In this document: positions 16,098 to 22,964 of the stretch, in pieces
Layout of the letters: the number at the start of each line of letters is the position of its first letter
Position numbering within the stretch: the stretch's first letter is position 1
Virus record (IMG/VR): IMGVR_UViG_3300048080_000580
Span: 1-27,589 of that record
Source: a virus
Taxonomy: Duplodnaviria > Caudoviricetes
Direction: 5' to 3' (one strand)
DNA length: 27,589 nt
Program-made: the position numbers and the translations under genes
Notes under the pieces: model-generated
Seen by the model: the letters and a program-made list of their open reading frames with translations, nothing else
Told to the model about the DNA's origin: nothing
The model's database searches: none

Positions 16098-16694
16098 TTA
16101 CGCCACCCTCTTCGTGATGCCGTCTACTTGAACCATCAGAGAACCCTTGACCAAGATGTTGGGGGCGTCCAAGAGGATCGTTCCATCCGCCTTGAGAACT
16201 ATCGCGTCCGAACCTTTGATCCCGATACCCATCCCATCTGTGGCATTTCCTACGATTTGGATGCTGTCCCCTGTGATGCGGTTAGCTATGACAAGAGCCT
16301 CGCGACCTTCTTTGTCGGTGAACGAGATCTGGAAGTTGTGCGTCGTGATCACGACCACTTGATCCGCGTCGGCGGCGTTGGTCGCGCCATCGGGACCGCT
16401 GTGGCGTTCCCAAGGTCCTGGCATGTACAGAGGAGAATCCAAGTCTCCATTCAAGAAACACACGATGATCGATGATCCTGCCTGTGGAACCCAGGAGAAG
16501 CCGAGTCCGGCTTCGCGCTGTCCGGCGCCAGGAAAACCAATGGGAAGAATCCAACCAGTAGAAGGCTCGATCAACCCAGGGATGATCGCCTTCACGCGAC
16601 CGCGCTTTTCTGGGTCCTGGTTGTCCAAGACCTCTCCCTTGTACATGCCTTGCAGCAGGCTCAGGCCACTGTCGATGTCCTCACGAAGGCCCAT
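16098..16694 (-). CDS. baseplate spike (gpV / gp5 N-terminal OB-fold)
   Basis: YKGEVLDNQDPEKRGRVKAIIPG...GW...VPQAGS.IIVCFLNGDLDSP signature, followed by a short beta-helix. Confidence 0.9.
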   Translation of the reverse strand: MGLREDIDSGLSLLQGMYKGEVLDNQDPEKRGRVKAIIPGLIEPSTGWILPIGFPGAGQREAGLGFSWVPQAGSSIIVCFLNGDLDSPLYMPGPWERHSGPDGATNAADADQVVVITTHNFQISFTDKEGREALVIANRITGDSIQIVGNATDGMGIGIKGSDAIVLKADGTILLDAPNILVKGSLMVQVDGITKRVA

Positions 16695-17914
16695 TAGATC
16701 TTCCTTGCCTTCTGCGGTGGGAACTCGACGAGCGTTGCAGCACGGGTCTCAGCCGCTCCAGTGGGGCCGGGAGCCACGAAGCCGACGAGAGCTCGATCTG
16801 CGCCAGGACCAAATCCCTTTCGGCGGAGGAGGATCACCGTCACGTAACCGTTCTCATCGATCGTGTGTGTAACCTCTTTGATGAACCAGGGGCCGTCCAC
16901 GAGGGGCCCGAAGTTGATGAGGTTCACCCCCATGCGCACAAAGAGCCTGGGATTTCCTACCACCGTGAGCTTGATCTTCCAAGTAGCAAACGCAGCTTGT
17001 TCCATACGCCTGATTGCGGCTTTGGACGCGGACCTGGACGGAGGTGCCAGAAACTCCTCGAAGCGTTCGTCTAGGGTACGGACAACTTCTGCGTCTCGTC
17101 GTCCGGCAAACTCCACTAACGTGGTAGCTCCTGTGACCGGGGGACCGTAGGCAGATGCCCCCTCGAAACCAAAGAGACCGCGTGGAGTAGACGTCGTGGG
17201 AACGGGCAGCGTAAAGTCCCCTTCGACTTCCCACGAGAGGACATCTGGCCCCTCGAAGAAAGTGATCTGTTCGAATAGAGGACCAGTACCTTCCGGACCA
17301 AAGTGAAACCCTCGATCCGAAATCGAGAACGCGAAGTTGCTCTCGAGGTTCGCGAGGCGATGGAGGAAGTGAGCTTCGGATTCTCCTACCTTCATCGCGA
17401 CCATCTCGAGGATCTCACCGGTATCTTCGATGTAGACGTTGTCCCCCTCGAACCCGTTGCGCTTAGCGACTTCTCGGACGACGTCGCTGACCTTCATGTT
17501 CAAGAAGACCCGCGTACCCGTACGAGCCAAGATGGTGTTGAGGTCCACGATCTTACCTCGTGCCTCGTACGTAACCGTGGCGCTTCCACCAGACGCGGCA
17601 GGCACCATGTGACCGCCCGACTTGGAGACCAGGCCCTTGATCTTTCGGACCACTAGAGTACGGACGGGCGACTCAAGGGTCGGGTAACCCCAGGTCAACC
17701 GGAGCGAAACCCCCAGCGCGATCCGGTTCAACTGGGTGAGCTCTCCGTCAGGGTTATCCAAGACCAGGGTTACCTTCTCGTCATTCTTCTTGAGAGATTC
17801 GGTGTACTCGAATTTGACGAGACGCTCCCACAACGGGATCCCGGCCAAGGCCGAATCGGCTGTAGTTGCGATCCGAACTCGTGGGTTACCGAGGTCTGTT
17901 CCCTGAAGAGACAC
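16694..17914 (-). CDS. baseplate hub / late control gpD-like protein
   Basis: VTLVLDNPDG, LTWGY, KVSDVVREVAKRNG, ESEAHFLHRLA, GNPRL...GPWFIKEVTHTIDENGYVT. Confidence 0.88.
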   Translation of the reverse strand: MSLQGTDLGNPRVRIATTADSALAGIPLWERLVKFEYTESLKKNDEKVTLVLDNPDGELTQLNRIALGVSLRLTWGYPTLESPVRTLVVRKIKGLVSKSGGHMVPAASGGSATVTYEARGKIVDLNTILARTGTRVFLNMKVSDVVREVAKRNGFEGDNVYIEDTGEILEMVAMKVGESEAHFLHRLANLESNFAFSISDRGFHFGPEGTGPLFEQITFFEGPDVLSWEVEGDFTLPVPTTSTPRGLFGFEGASAYGPPVTGATTLVEFAGRRDAEVVRTLDERFEEFLAPPSRSASKAAIRRMEQAAFATWKIKLTVVGNPRLFVRMGVNLINFGPLVDGPWFIKEVTHTIDENGYVTVILLRRKGFGPGADRALVGFVAPGPTGAAETRAATLVEFPPQKARKI

Positions 17915-17932
17915 TGATTACAAGCTCCAATC

Positions 17933-17954
17933 GATCAAGCACAAGGGAAAGAAG
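17933..17954 (+). repeat. half-site GATCAAGCACAAGGGAAAGAAG
   Basis: In the 40-nt gap between the LysM and hub genes, directly after the stop codon. Confidence 0.95.
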
Positions 17955-18302
17955 CTACGCCAGCCGTGGTGCCCGCGCCTGGATTCGTGCAAGGACGTCA
18001 CTGTTCACGTAGTCCTGAGACGGTATTACCATGATCGTACCCCCCTCGAGGGCTTCTGTCGGGTCCTGGATCGGCTCGGGCTGGAACTGCCCGACGATCC
18101 AGTAGAGCAGCGCCGAGTCCGCCAGACCGCCGAAGAACCGGTCAGCAAGGAGCTCGAGGGTCTCACCCTCCTTCACCATGTGAAGGACGTTGTCGAAGCG
18201 CGGTTGGTACGGAACGGGGTCCTCCTGCTGGATGAACGTCCGTCCCTCGGCGTCTTTGGCGACTCCGGCGTTGGCGTATCGAGAGTTCCCTCGTGCGGAC
18301 AT
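17955..18302 (-). CDS. LysM-like / tail protein X (gp53-like) baseplate protein
   Basis: SRY...HMVKEGETLELLADRFFG...LYWIV...IQDP...IMVIPS. Confidence 0.85.
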   Translation of the reverse strand: MSARGNSRYANAGVAKDAEGRTFIQQEDPVPYQPRFDNVLHMVKEGETLELLADRFFGGLADSALLYWIVGQFQPEPIQDPTEALEGGTIMVIPSQDYVNSDVLARIQARAPRLA

Positions 18303-18895
18303 TAGATGAGCCCCTCTCCGAGCGAGTCACTCGATGGCGTGAACGTGAGGCCAGTACGACGAGCTCCGGCGGATCCGGTGGGGCTACCGAAGCCATCAAG
18401 GCGGGCGTCGCTGTACTCTCGCAGTGTCTGGCGCCGCTCGATCAACGTCATGTCAATCGTGTAGATGAGGGGGGAACCGTCCTTGGCAAACTGGGTGTAG
18501 TTGAACTGGAGGTTCTCCACGACGCACTTGATGATCGTGACGTTCGGCCAAACGAAGGTGACGTCGGAGGGCTTGTCCCGGCGCCCGAATGGATAGATCA
18601 GCCCGAGGAAGAAGTTCCGGAACTCGAGAGGGGACATCGTCATTCCCCGCTCGTCCATCTCGAACTTGGAGATGTAGAGCTGGATCTGCGTCTGCATCGT
18701 CACGGTACGAACGTACTGCAGGACCTCGTGCGAGAGCCCGAGCACAGGCTGCTTGGCCCAGATCGCTTGGACGGTCTCGGGAAAGGCGGACGGATTCAAC
18801 AGAGCGTCAAGGCGCTCACCGAAGCCAGAGTCCACGAAGAAGACTCGGGTCAACCCGTCGCGAATCCGGCCGAAGTTGGTTACTGGATCTGGCAT
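18302..18895 (-). CDS. tail tube initiator (CIS-tube-like) protein
   Basis: LNPSAFPET.A.W...LQY...VTFVWP..IKCVVENLQFNYTQFAKDGSPL; directly follows the tape measure. Confidence 0.75.
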   Translation of the reverse strand: MPDPVTNFGRIRDGLTRVFFVDSGFGERLDALLNPSAFPETVQAIWAKQPVLGLSHEVLQYVRTVTMQTQIQLYISKFEMDERGMTMSPLEFRNFFLGLIYPFGRRDKPSDVTFVWPNVTIIKCVVENLQFNYTQFAKDGSPLIYTIDMTLIERRQTLREYSDARLDGFGSPTGSAGARRTGLTFTPSSDSLGEGLI

Positions 18896-18898
18896 GGC

Positions 18899-21367
18899 TT
18901 ATGGTCCTACCTCTCCGGTAACGCCAGGAGGGAATCCTGCGGCTGCTCCATCGATAGCATCGACACCCTTGACTGTGCGGAGCCCCACCTTCATTGCGTT
19001 GTCCCCGATGATCACGGTGATGTTCGGGATGAGCGCTCTGTTGGAACCGAGTGGCGCTTCGTTCAAAAGACGGGTCGCCCGATTCTTCCTGTCGATCTCC
19101 AGGTTGACCGCCAGCATCTTCATGACAGCAGCCTTGGCATCAGCGGCGCCGCGGGCATCGGCAGCCGTCTTCATCATCAGGGCGTCGACCATGGCGATCG
19201 ACTTGTTGGCGGACTCAAGGCTACGACTCTCGGGAGTTGCGGAAGCCAAACGCCGGGAGGTGAGCAGATCCTCTGTCAGAGGCTCCTTCGGATCGGTGAT
19301 GCCAGTCTCGACCATCTTCGAGCCGCCGGCGATGAAGGCCGCCTTCTCGAGGACTTTCGGGTCCGTCATCTTGGTGAACTCGTCGATCATCCCGCGGATC
19401 TCTTCGCGGAATGCCTCTGTGCCCTCCTTCTTCTGGAGTTGGCCCTCGAGCATCTCGAGCGCAGAGACCATCGCCTTGATGTTCTCCACATCTGGGGCAG
19501 CTCCGCTCCGGAGCTCGTCCAGAGTCTTGGTGTAGAGCCCAAGTGCATTCGCCGTAGTCTCGTACGCAACCGGGTTCATCAAGTCCTTGATGCCGTGAAG
19601 CATCGACACGGACTTGGCCATGATCGCGTGGTCTTTCGCGTTCAATAGCGGCATCTCGATCTTCGACCGCTCCGCAGTGAGCTCGAGGAACTCTCGGAAC
19701 TTACCGATGAGCTTACTCGTGTTCGCGGCAGCCTCGAGCGCGTGCTTGGAAGCGCTATTGAACGCAGTTGGGATCGTAGCCAGGCTCGTCTTGAAGGAAT
19801 CGACTGTTGCCTTCAGGCTTGCCGTGTTGGCCTTGAGCCGTTCAAATCGGGCCTGCACTTGATCGATCGCGAGGATTACCAGTCCGATGGTAACGGCGAG
19901 TGCGAAGAGTGCTGGGTTGGCCAGCACCAGGCCCTTGAAGCTTTCCGCCAAGGACGCGATACCTGCCTTCACGATGCGGAGTACGCCAGCAAGGGCCATC
20001 AGCGCCGCCGTGATCCCAATGATCACCGCTGGAGCTCCAATCAACACCTTGATGAATCTGCCCACCTTTGGCCACTCTTGATTGAGGTTCTTGACGCCTT
20101 CTATGGCACTGGACAATACGGAGACCACGCCGATGAGCCCACGGACCAAGGGTCCGCCCAGATCCGCCGCCAAGCTCTTGGTAACCTCTGCGAGGCGCCC
20201 GAGTTGGAACGTCAAGGAATTCTTGGCCGCCTCGCCGGCGCGATCCATCATTCCAGTGCCATTGGTCATCGCCTCGTTCAACGCAGTGAAGGCTTCAGTG
20301 CCAGTACGCAGGGTGCCGTTCAAATCGCGTACGCCGTTCGACATGGCGAGGAGTACGGCGTTGATGGCAGAACCGGACTGTTCTCCGAATACCTGCGTCA
20401 TCAGGACGCGGGCCTCCTCGGAGTCCAACCCGGACACAGACCTCGAGAGGTCCCCCATGATCTCTGGCAGAGCTCGGAGCCCGCCGGCGGCGTTGCGCAG
20501 GTCGACACCGAACAGCGACTTGATCTTGTCGATCTTCTTGGGGTCACCCATCTCGGAGATCGCACGGGCCAAGTCGGTCGAGGCCATGCGTGTGTTCGGG
20601 AGAATGGTTCGCGCGAGGGAGAACGTGGCGAGGACGTCCTTGAAGCTCTGGTCCCCCTTGAACGCGGCGATGCCGAGCTTACCGAGCGCGTTGGTCATGT
20701 TCTCGATGCCGATACCCGATACCCTGGCAGCACCGAAGACAGCGCCGAGGTGTTCCTTGATGTCTTTGGAAGCTACACCGAAGCCACGGATCGTGTCCAC
20801 GGCGATACCGACGGCGCCTTCAGGCCGCAACTTCCCAGCGGAAGCCTCCGCCAAGATGAAGGCCGGACCAATGGCGTTAGCCGCAGCCGTGGCGTCCCCA
20901 AGGGCTCGACGTAGCGCTGTGACTCCCTCGATCGCTTCAGTAGGGGTGAACGAGGTCGCGATGGCGGCGCGTGTGGCCGCCTTTGTCATCCTGTCGAGGT
21001 TGGCGCCGACCTCACCGGTCGACACGCTCAACGTGTTGATAGCGTGATCTAGCTCGATCGCCGGAGAGATCATCGCAACCATGCCGTCCTTGACGTGCTT
21101 GGCAACGATCAGCATGTTGTAAGCGCCCGCGAGGTTCTTGAAGCTCTCGGCGTTTTCCTTGACCGCCTTATCGACCGCTTTCATGCGCTCGACATCAACG
21201 GGGCTCCCCATGGGGCGGGCGATCTTGGTCACCGACATGTTCATGTCGGCTACTGCCTTGCTCTGATTCTTCAGGCTGTTGGCAATACGATTCATTCCGG
21301 CCTCAACGCCGGTATCAACCATAGAGGCCTTGAATCGAAGGTCAACCGTGTTGTTGTTCGACGCCAC
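18899..21367 (-). CDS. tail tape measure protein
   Basis: 822 aa, Ala-rich and helical, TP901-type core (ATSFTPTEAIEG...QVFGEQSG), central hydrophobic segments, located after the chaperones. Confidence 0.9.
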   Translation of the reverse strand: MASNNNTVDLRFKASMVDTGVEAGMNRIANSLKNQSKAVADMNMSVTKIARPMGSPVDVERMKAVDKAVKENAESFKNLAGAYNMLIVAKHVKDGMVAMISPAIELDHAINTLSVSTGEVGANLDRMTKAATRAAIATSFTPTEAIEGVTALRRALGDATAAANAIGPAFILAEASAGKLRPEGAVGIAVDTIRGFGVASKDIKEHLGAVFGAARVSGIGIENMTNALGKLGIAAFKGDQSFKDVLATFSLARTILPNTRMASTDLARAISEMGDPKKIDKIKSLFGVDLRNAAGGLRALPEIMGDLSRSVSGLDSEEARVLMTQVFGEQSGSAINAVLLAMSNGVRDLNGTLRTGTEAFTALNEAMTNGTGMMDRAGEAAKNSLTFQLGRLAEVTKSLAADLGGPLVRGLIGVVSVLSSAIEGVKNLNQEWPKVGRFIKVLIGAPAVIIGITAALMALAGVLRIVKAGIASLAESFKGLVLANPALFALAVTIGLVILAIDQVQARFERLKANTASLKATVDSFKTSLATIPTAFNSASKHALEAAANTSKLIGKFREFLELTAERSKIEMPLLNAKDHAIMAKSVSMLHGIKDLMNPVAYETTANALGLYTKTLDELRSGAAPDVENIKAMVSALEMLEGQLQKKEGTEAFREEIRGMIDEFTKMTDPKVLEKAAFIAGGSKMVETGITDPKEPLTEDLLTSRRLASATPESRSLESANKSIAMVDALMMKTAADARGAADAKAAVMKMLAVNLEIDRKNRATRLLNEAPLGSNRALIPNITVIIGDNAMKVGLRTVKGVDAIDGAAAGFPPGVTGEVGP

Positions 21368-21552
21368 TAGCCCCTCTTCTCGTCATCCTCCTGCCAAGAA
21401 AGCCGGAGTTCCCGCAGGATCCAGTCCCTCCATTGTACGTCCATTTCGAGGAGTTCGCCCAGCCCGATCAGCGGCTTCGCCTTCAAGTTCGAGCCCTGCA
21501 AGATCAACATCCAGACCATCTTCCGCCAGGACTCCTCGTCCTGGTATGCCAT
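21367..21552 (-). CDS. tail assembly chaperone C-terminal part (gpT / gpE'-like), probably expressed by -1 frameshift from the upstream gene
   Basis: MAYQDEESW...GELLEMDVQWRDWILREL; lies in the -1 frame of 21570..22331, is open through the slippery site and is coupled (TAGTG) to the tape measure. Confidence 0.65.
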   Translation of the reverse strand: MAYQDEESWRKMVWMLILQGSNLKAKPLIGLGELLEMDVQWRDWILRELRLSWQEDDEKRG

Positions 21553-21569
21553 CAGGTTCAACCAGGGGG

Positions 21570-22331
21570 CTACCCGTCTGAGTTCTTCTCCTGAACCGTC
21601 TCCCTCCCCTGCCGGAACATCTTCCGGTTCGAGAAGAACGTTGCCCCTAAAGGGAGGATCACCATCTGCTGGAAGCCGCAAGCCTGGCAGACGATCTCGA
21701 ACTGCGTATTGTAGCCACAATCCACGGACTCGAGCTCGTCGCGCAACTGGTCGCCGACGGCCCCATCCAGGTTCTTGAGCCACTCCTTGATCTTGATCGG
21801 GTCCTTGACTACACCCTCGACCTCGAGGATGCGCCGGACAAAGCGCGTGTTGACGTTGTCCGCCACGCTCTTGCCCTTGTAGGTCGCGGCGAAGCGGTCG
21901 TCCTCCCCGCGGAGGAGACGGTACTTGACGGTCTTGCCGTCGCACAACGTCACGAACGGCGCGTCCTCACGCACCTTCCGGCGCGACTCCGGATCGAGCG
22001 GCGTCACGTCCAGGTCGTTGAGGTTCAGAGACCACTCGATCGCTTCCTTGCACGAGGAGTTATCGCACTGCGTACGGAAGTCGTAGTGGGGTCCGTAGCT
22101 CAGGATGCGGGCCTGCATGATGATGTACAGGCGATCGCCGGCGAGGACCTTGTCCCAGTCCAGTGGAGCCTTGTACGGTCCCTGATCCAGGACCTCCACG
22201 AAGGAAGCCTTGCAGATCTCGGTGAGCACAGTGCCCGCGCGATGGTACTTCTGGTCGGTGTAGATTTCCTCGTCGCGGACCTTCCAGCTTCGGATGTTGC
22301 CGCGGAGCCCGGACGGGCAGGTGATTTCCAC
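21570..22331 (-). CDS. tail assembly chaperone (gpG-like; resembles T4 gp26-type proteins) with two Cys pairs
   Basis: Between tube and tape measure; ITCPSG, GDRLYIIMQARILSYG, CDNSSC and CQACG, late FF motif; AAGGAG RBS. Confidence 0.75.
   Translation of the reverse strand: MEITCPSGLRGNIRSWKVRDEEIYTDQKYHRAGTVLTEICKASFVEVLDQGPYKAPLDWDKVLAGDRLYIIMQARILSYGPHYDFRTQCDNSSCKEAIEWSLNLNDLDVTPLDPESRRKVREDAPFVTLCDGKTVKYRLLRGEDDRFAATYKGKSVADNVNTRFVRRILEVEGVVKDPIKIKEWLKNLDGAVGDQLRDELESVDCGYNTQFEIVCQACGFQQMVILPLGATFFSNRKMFRQGRETVQEKNSDG
21648..21654 (-). other. putative -1 ribosomal frameshift heptamer C CCT TTA
   Basis: X XXY YYZ pattern in the correct phase (codons 227-228); the -1 frame is open to 21367. 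Confidence 0.6.
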
Positions 22332-22369
22332 TTTCTGTCTCCTTGAACTGTGGGTTCCCCCACTTTATC

Positions 22370-22395
22370 TCCTTGTGCTTGATCAAGCACAAGGA
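22370..22395. repeat. perfect 26-bp palindrome TCCTTGTGCTTGATCAAGCACAAGGA
   Basis: Two arms of the intergenic motif share one central GATC; lies just after the tube stop codon. Confidence 0.97.
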
Positions 22396-22409
22396 AGAAA
22401 AGAGTGCTG

Positions 22410-22919
22410 TTACGTCAGGTTCACGCGCTCCCAGAAGTCGTACTCGAGCTCAAGCTTCTCGATGACGATCTCGTCGGCCGTGTTGTCCCAGTCACCGGCA
22501 ACGAACTTCTTCACCCAGGCGCCGAAGAAGTCGTAGCGGATCAGGTTCGTGTTGTCACGGTCACGCTGGTAGAGAGAACCGTTCCGGCGGAACCCCGGGC
22601 TCACGACGCCCGAGCCGCCAGGAGGCGAACCCACATCGCCAGGCCCGCCGGGAATGCCGACAGCCGCGTTGCCGCACTCCAGGGCCCAAGCGTGGGCCGT
22701 GGCGTTGCGCGAGGCCCCGCGCTCAAGCGTGAGCGGCGGGAAGGTCGCACGGCCAGGGGTCTTGACCGGGATGATCGAGCCACCCTCGTAGTAGGGCGCA
22801 GTCGCGAACTCGACCGAGATCTCGCTGCACTTCTGGAAGAAGAAGTAGTCGAAGCCGTCGATGACCACGACGAACTTCCACTTTCCATGAGTCTCGCGAG
22901 GAGTGCCGAGGACAGCCAT
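22410..22919 (-). CDS. tail tube protein (T4 gp19-like family)
   Basis: KWKFVVVIDG...FQKCSEISVE...YYEGG...KTPGR.TFPPLTLERG...AWVKKFVAGDWD...IVIEKLEL. Confidence 0.93.
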   Translation of the reverse strand: MAVLGTPRETHGKWKFVVVIDGFDYFFFQKCSEISVEFATAPYYEGGSIIPVKTPGRATFPPLTLERGASRNATAHAWALECGNAAVGIPGGPGDVGSPPGGSGVVSPGFRRNGSLYQRDRDNTNLIRYDFFGAWVKKFVAGDWDNTADEIVIEKLELEYDFWERVNLT

Positions 22920-22964
22920 CTTCGATCACCTTTCCAACGTATCCAAGCTAAGTGCTTGTTTTGG

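Noticed and set aside
5457-22395. The dyads as Rho-independent terminators
   Set aside because: The stems are followed by A/G-rich, not U-rich, tracts on both strands, two lie inside an operon, and lone half-sites cannot form the hairpin. Some termination role at 5457-5495 cannot be excluded.
2209-22395. CRISPR array or integron attC interpretation of the repeats
   Set aside because: Copies are kilobases apart and in both orientations, there is no repeat-spacer periodicity or cas gene, and no RYYYAAC...GTTRRRY attC ends.
22370-22395. Protelomerase (tel/tos) site
   Set aside because: The arms recur at many loci and the site lies mid-operon; telomere resolution sites are unique. No protelomerase gene is visible.
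22944-22958. Small hairpin CAAGC-TAAGT-GCTTG between sheath and tube containing GTGCTTG, and CAAGTTCAAGGAAAA at 4732-4746, as further motif copies
   Set aside because: Only a 7-nt or 2-mismatch match; too weak to count, although both are intergenic.
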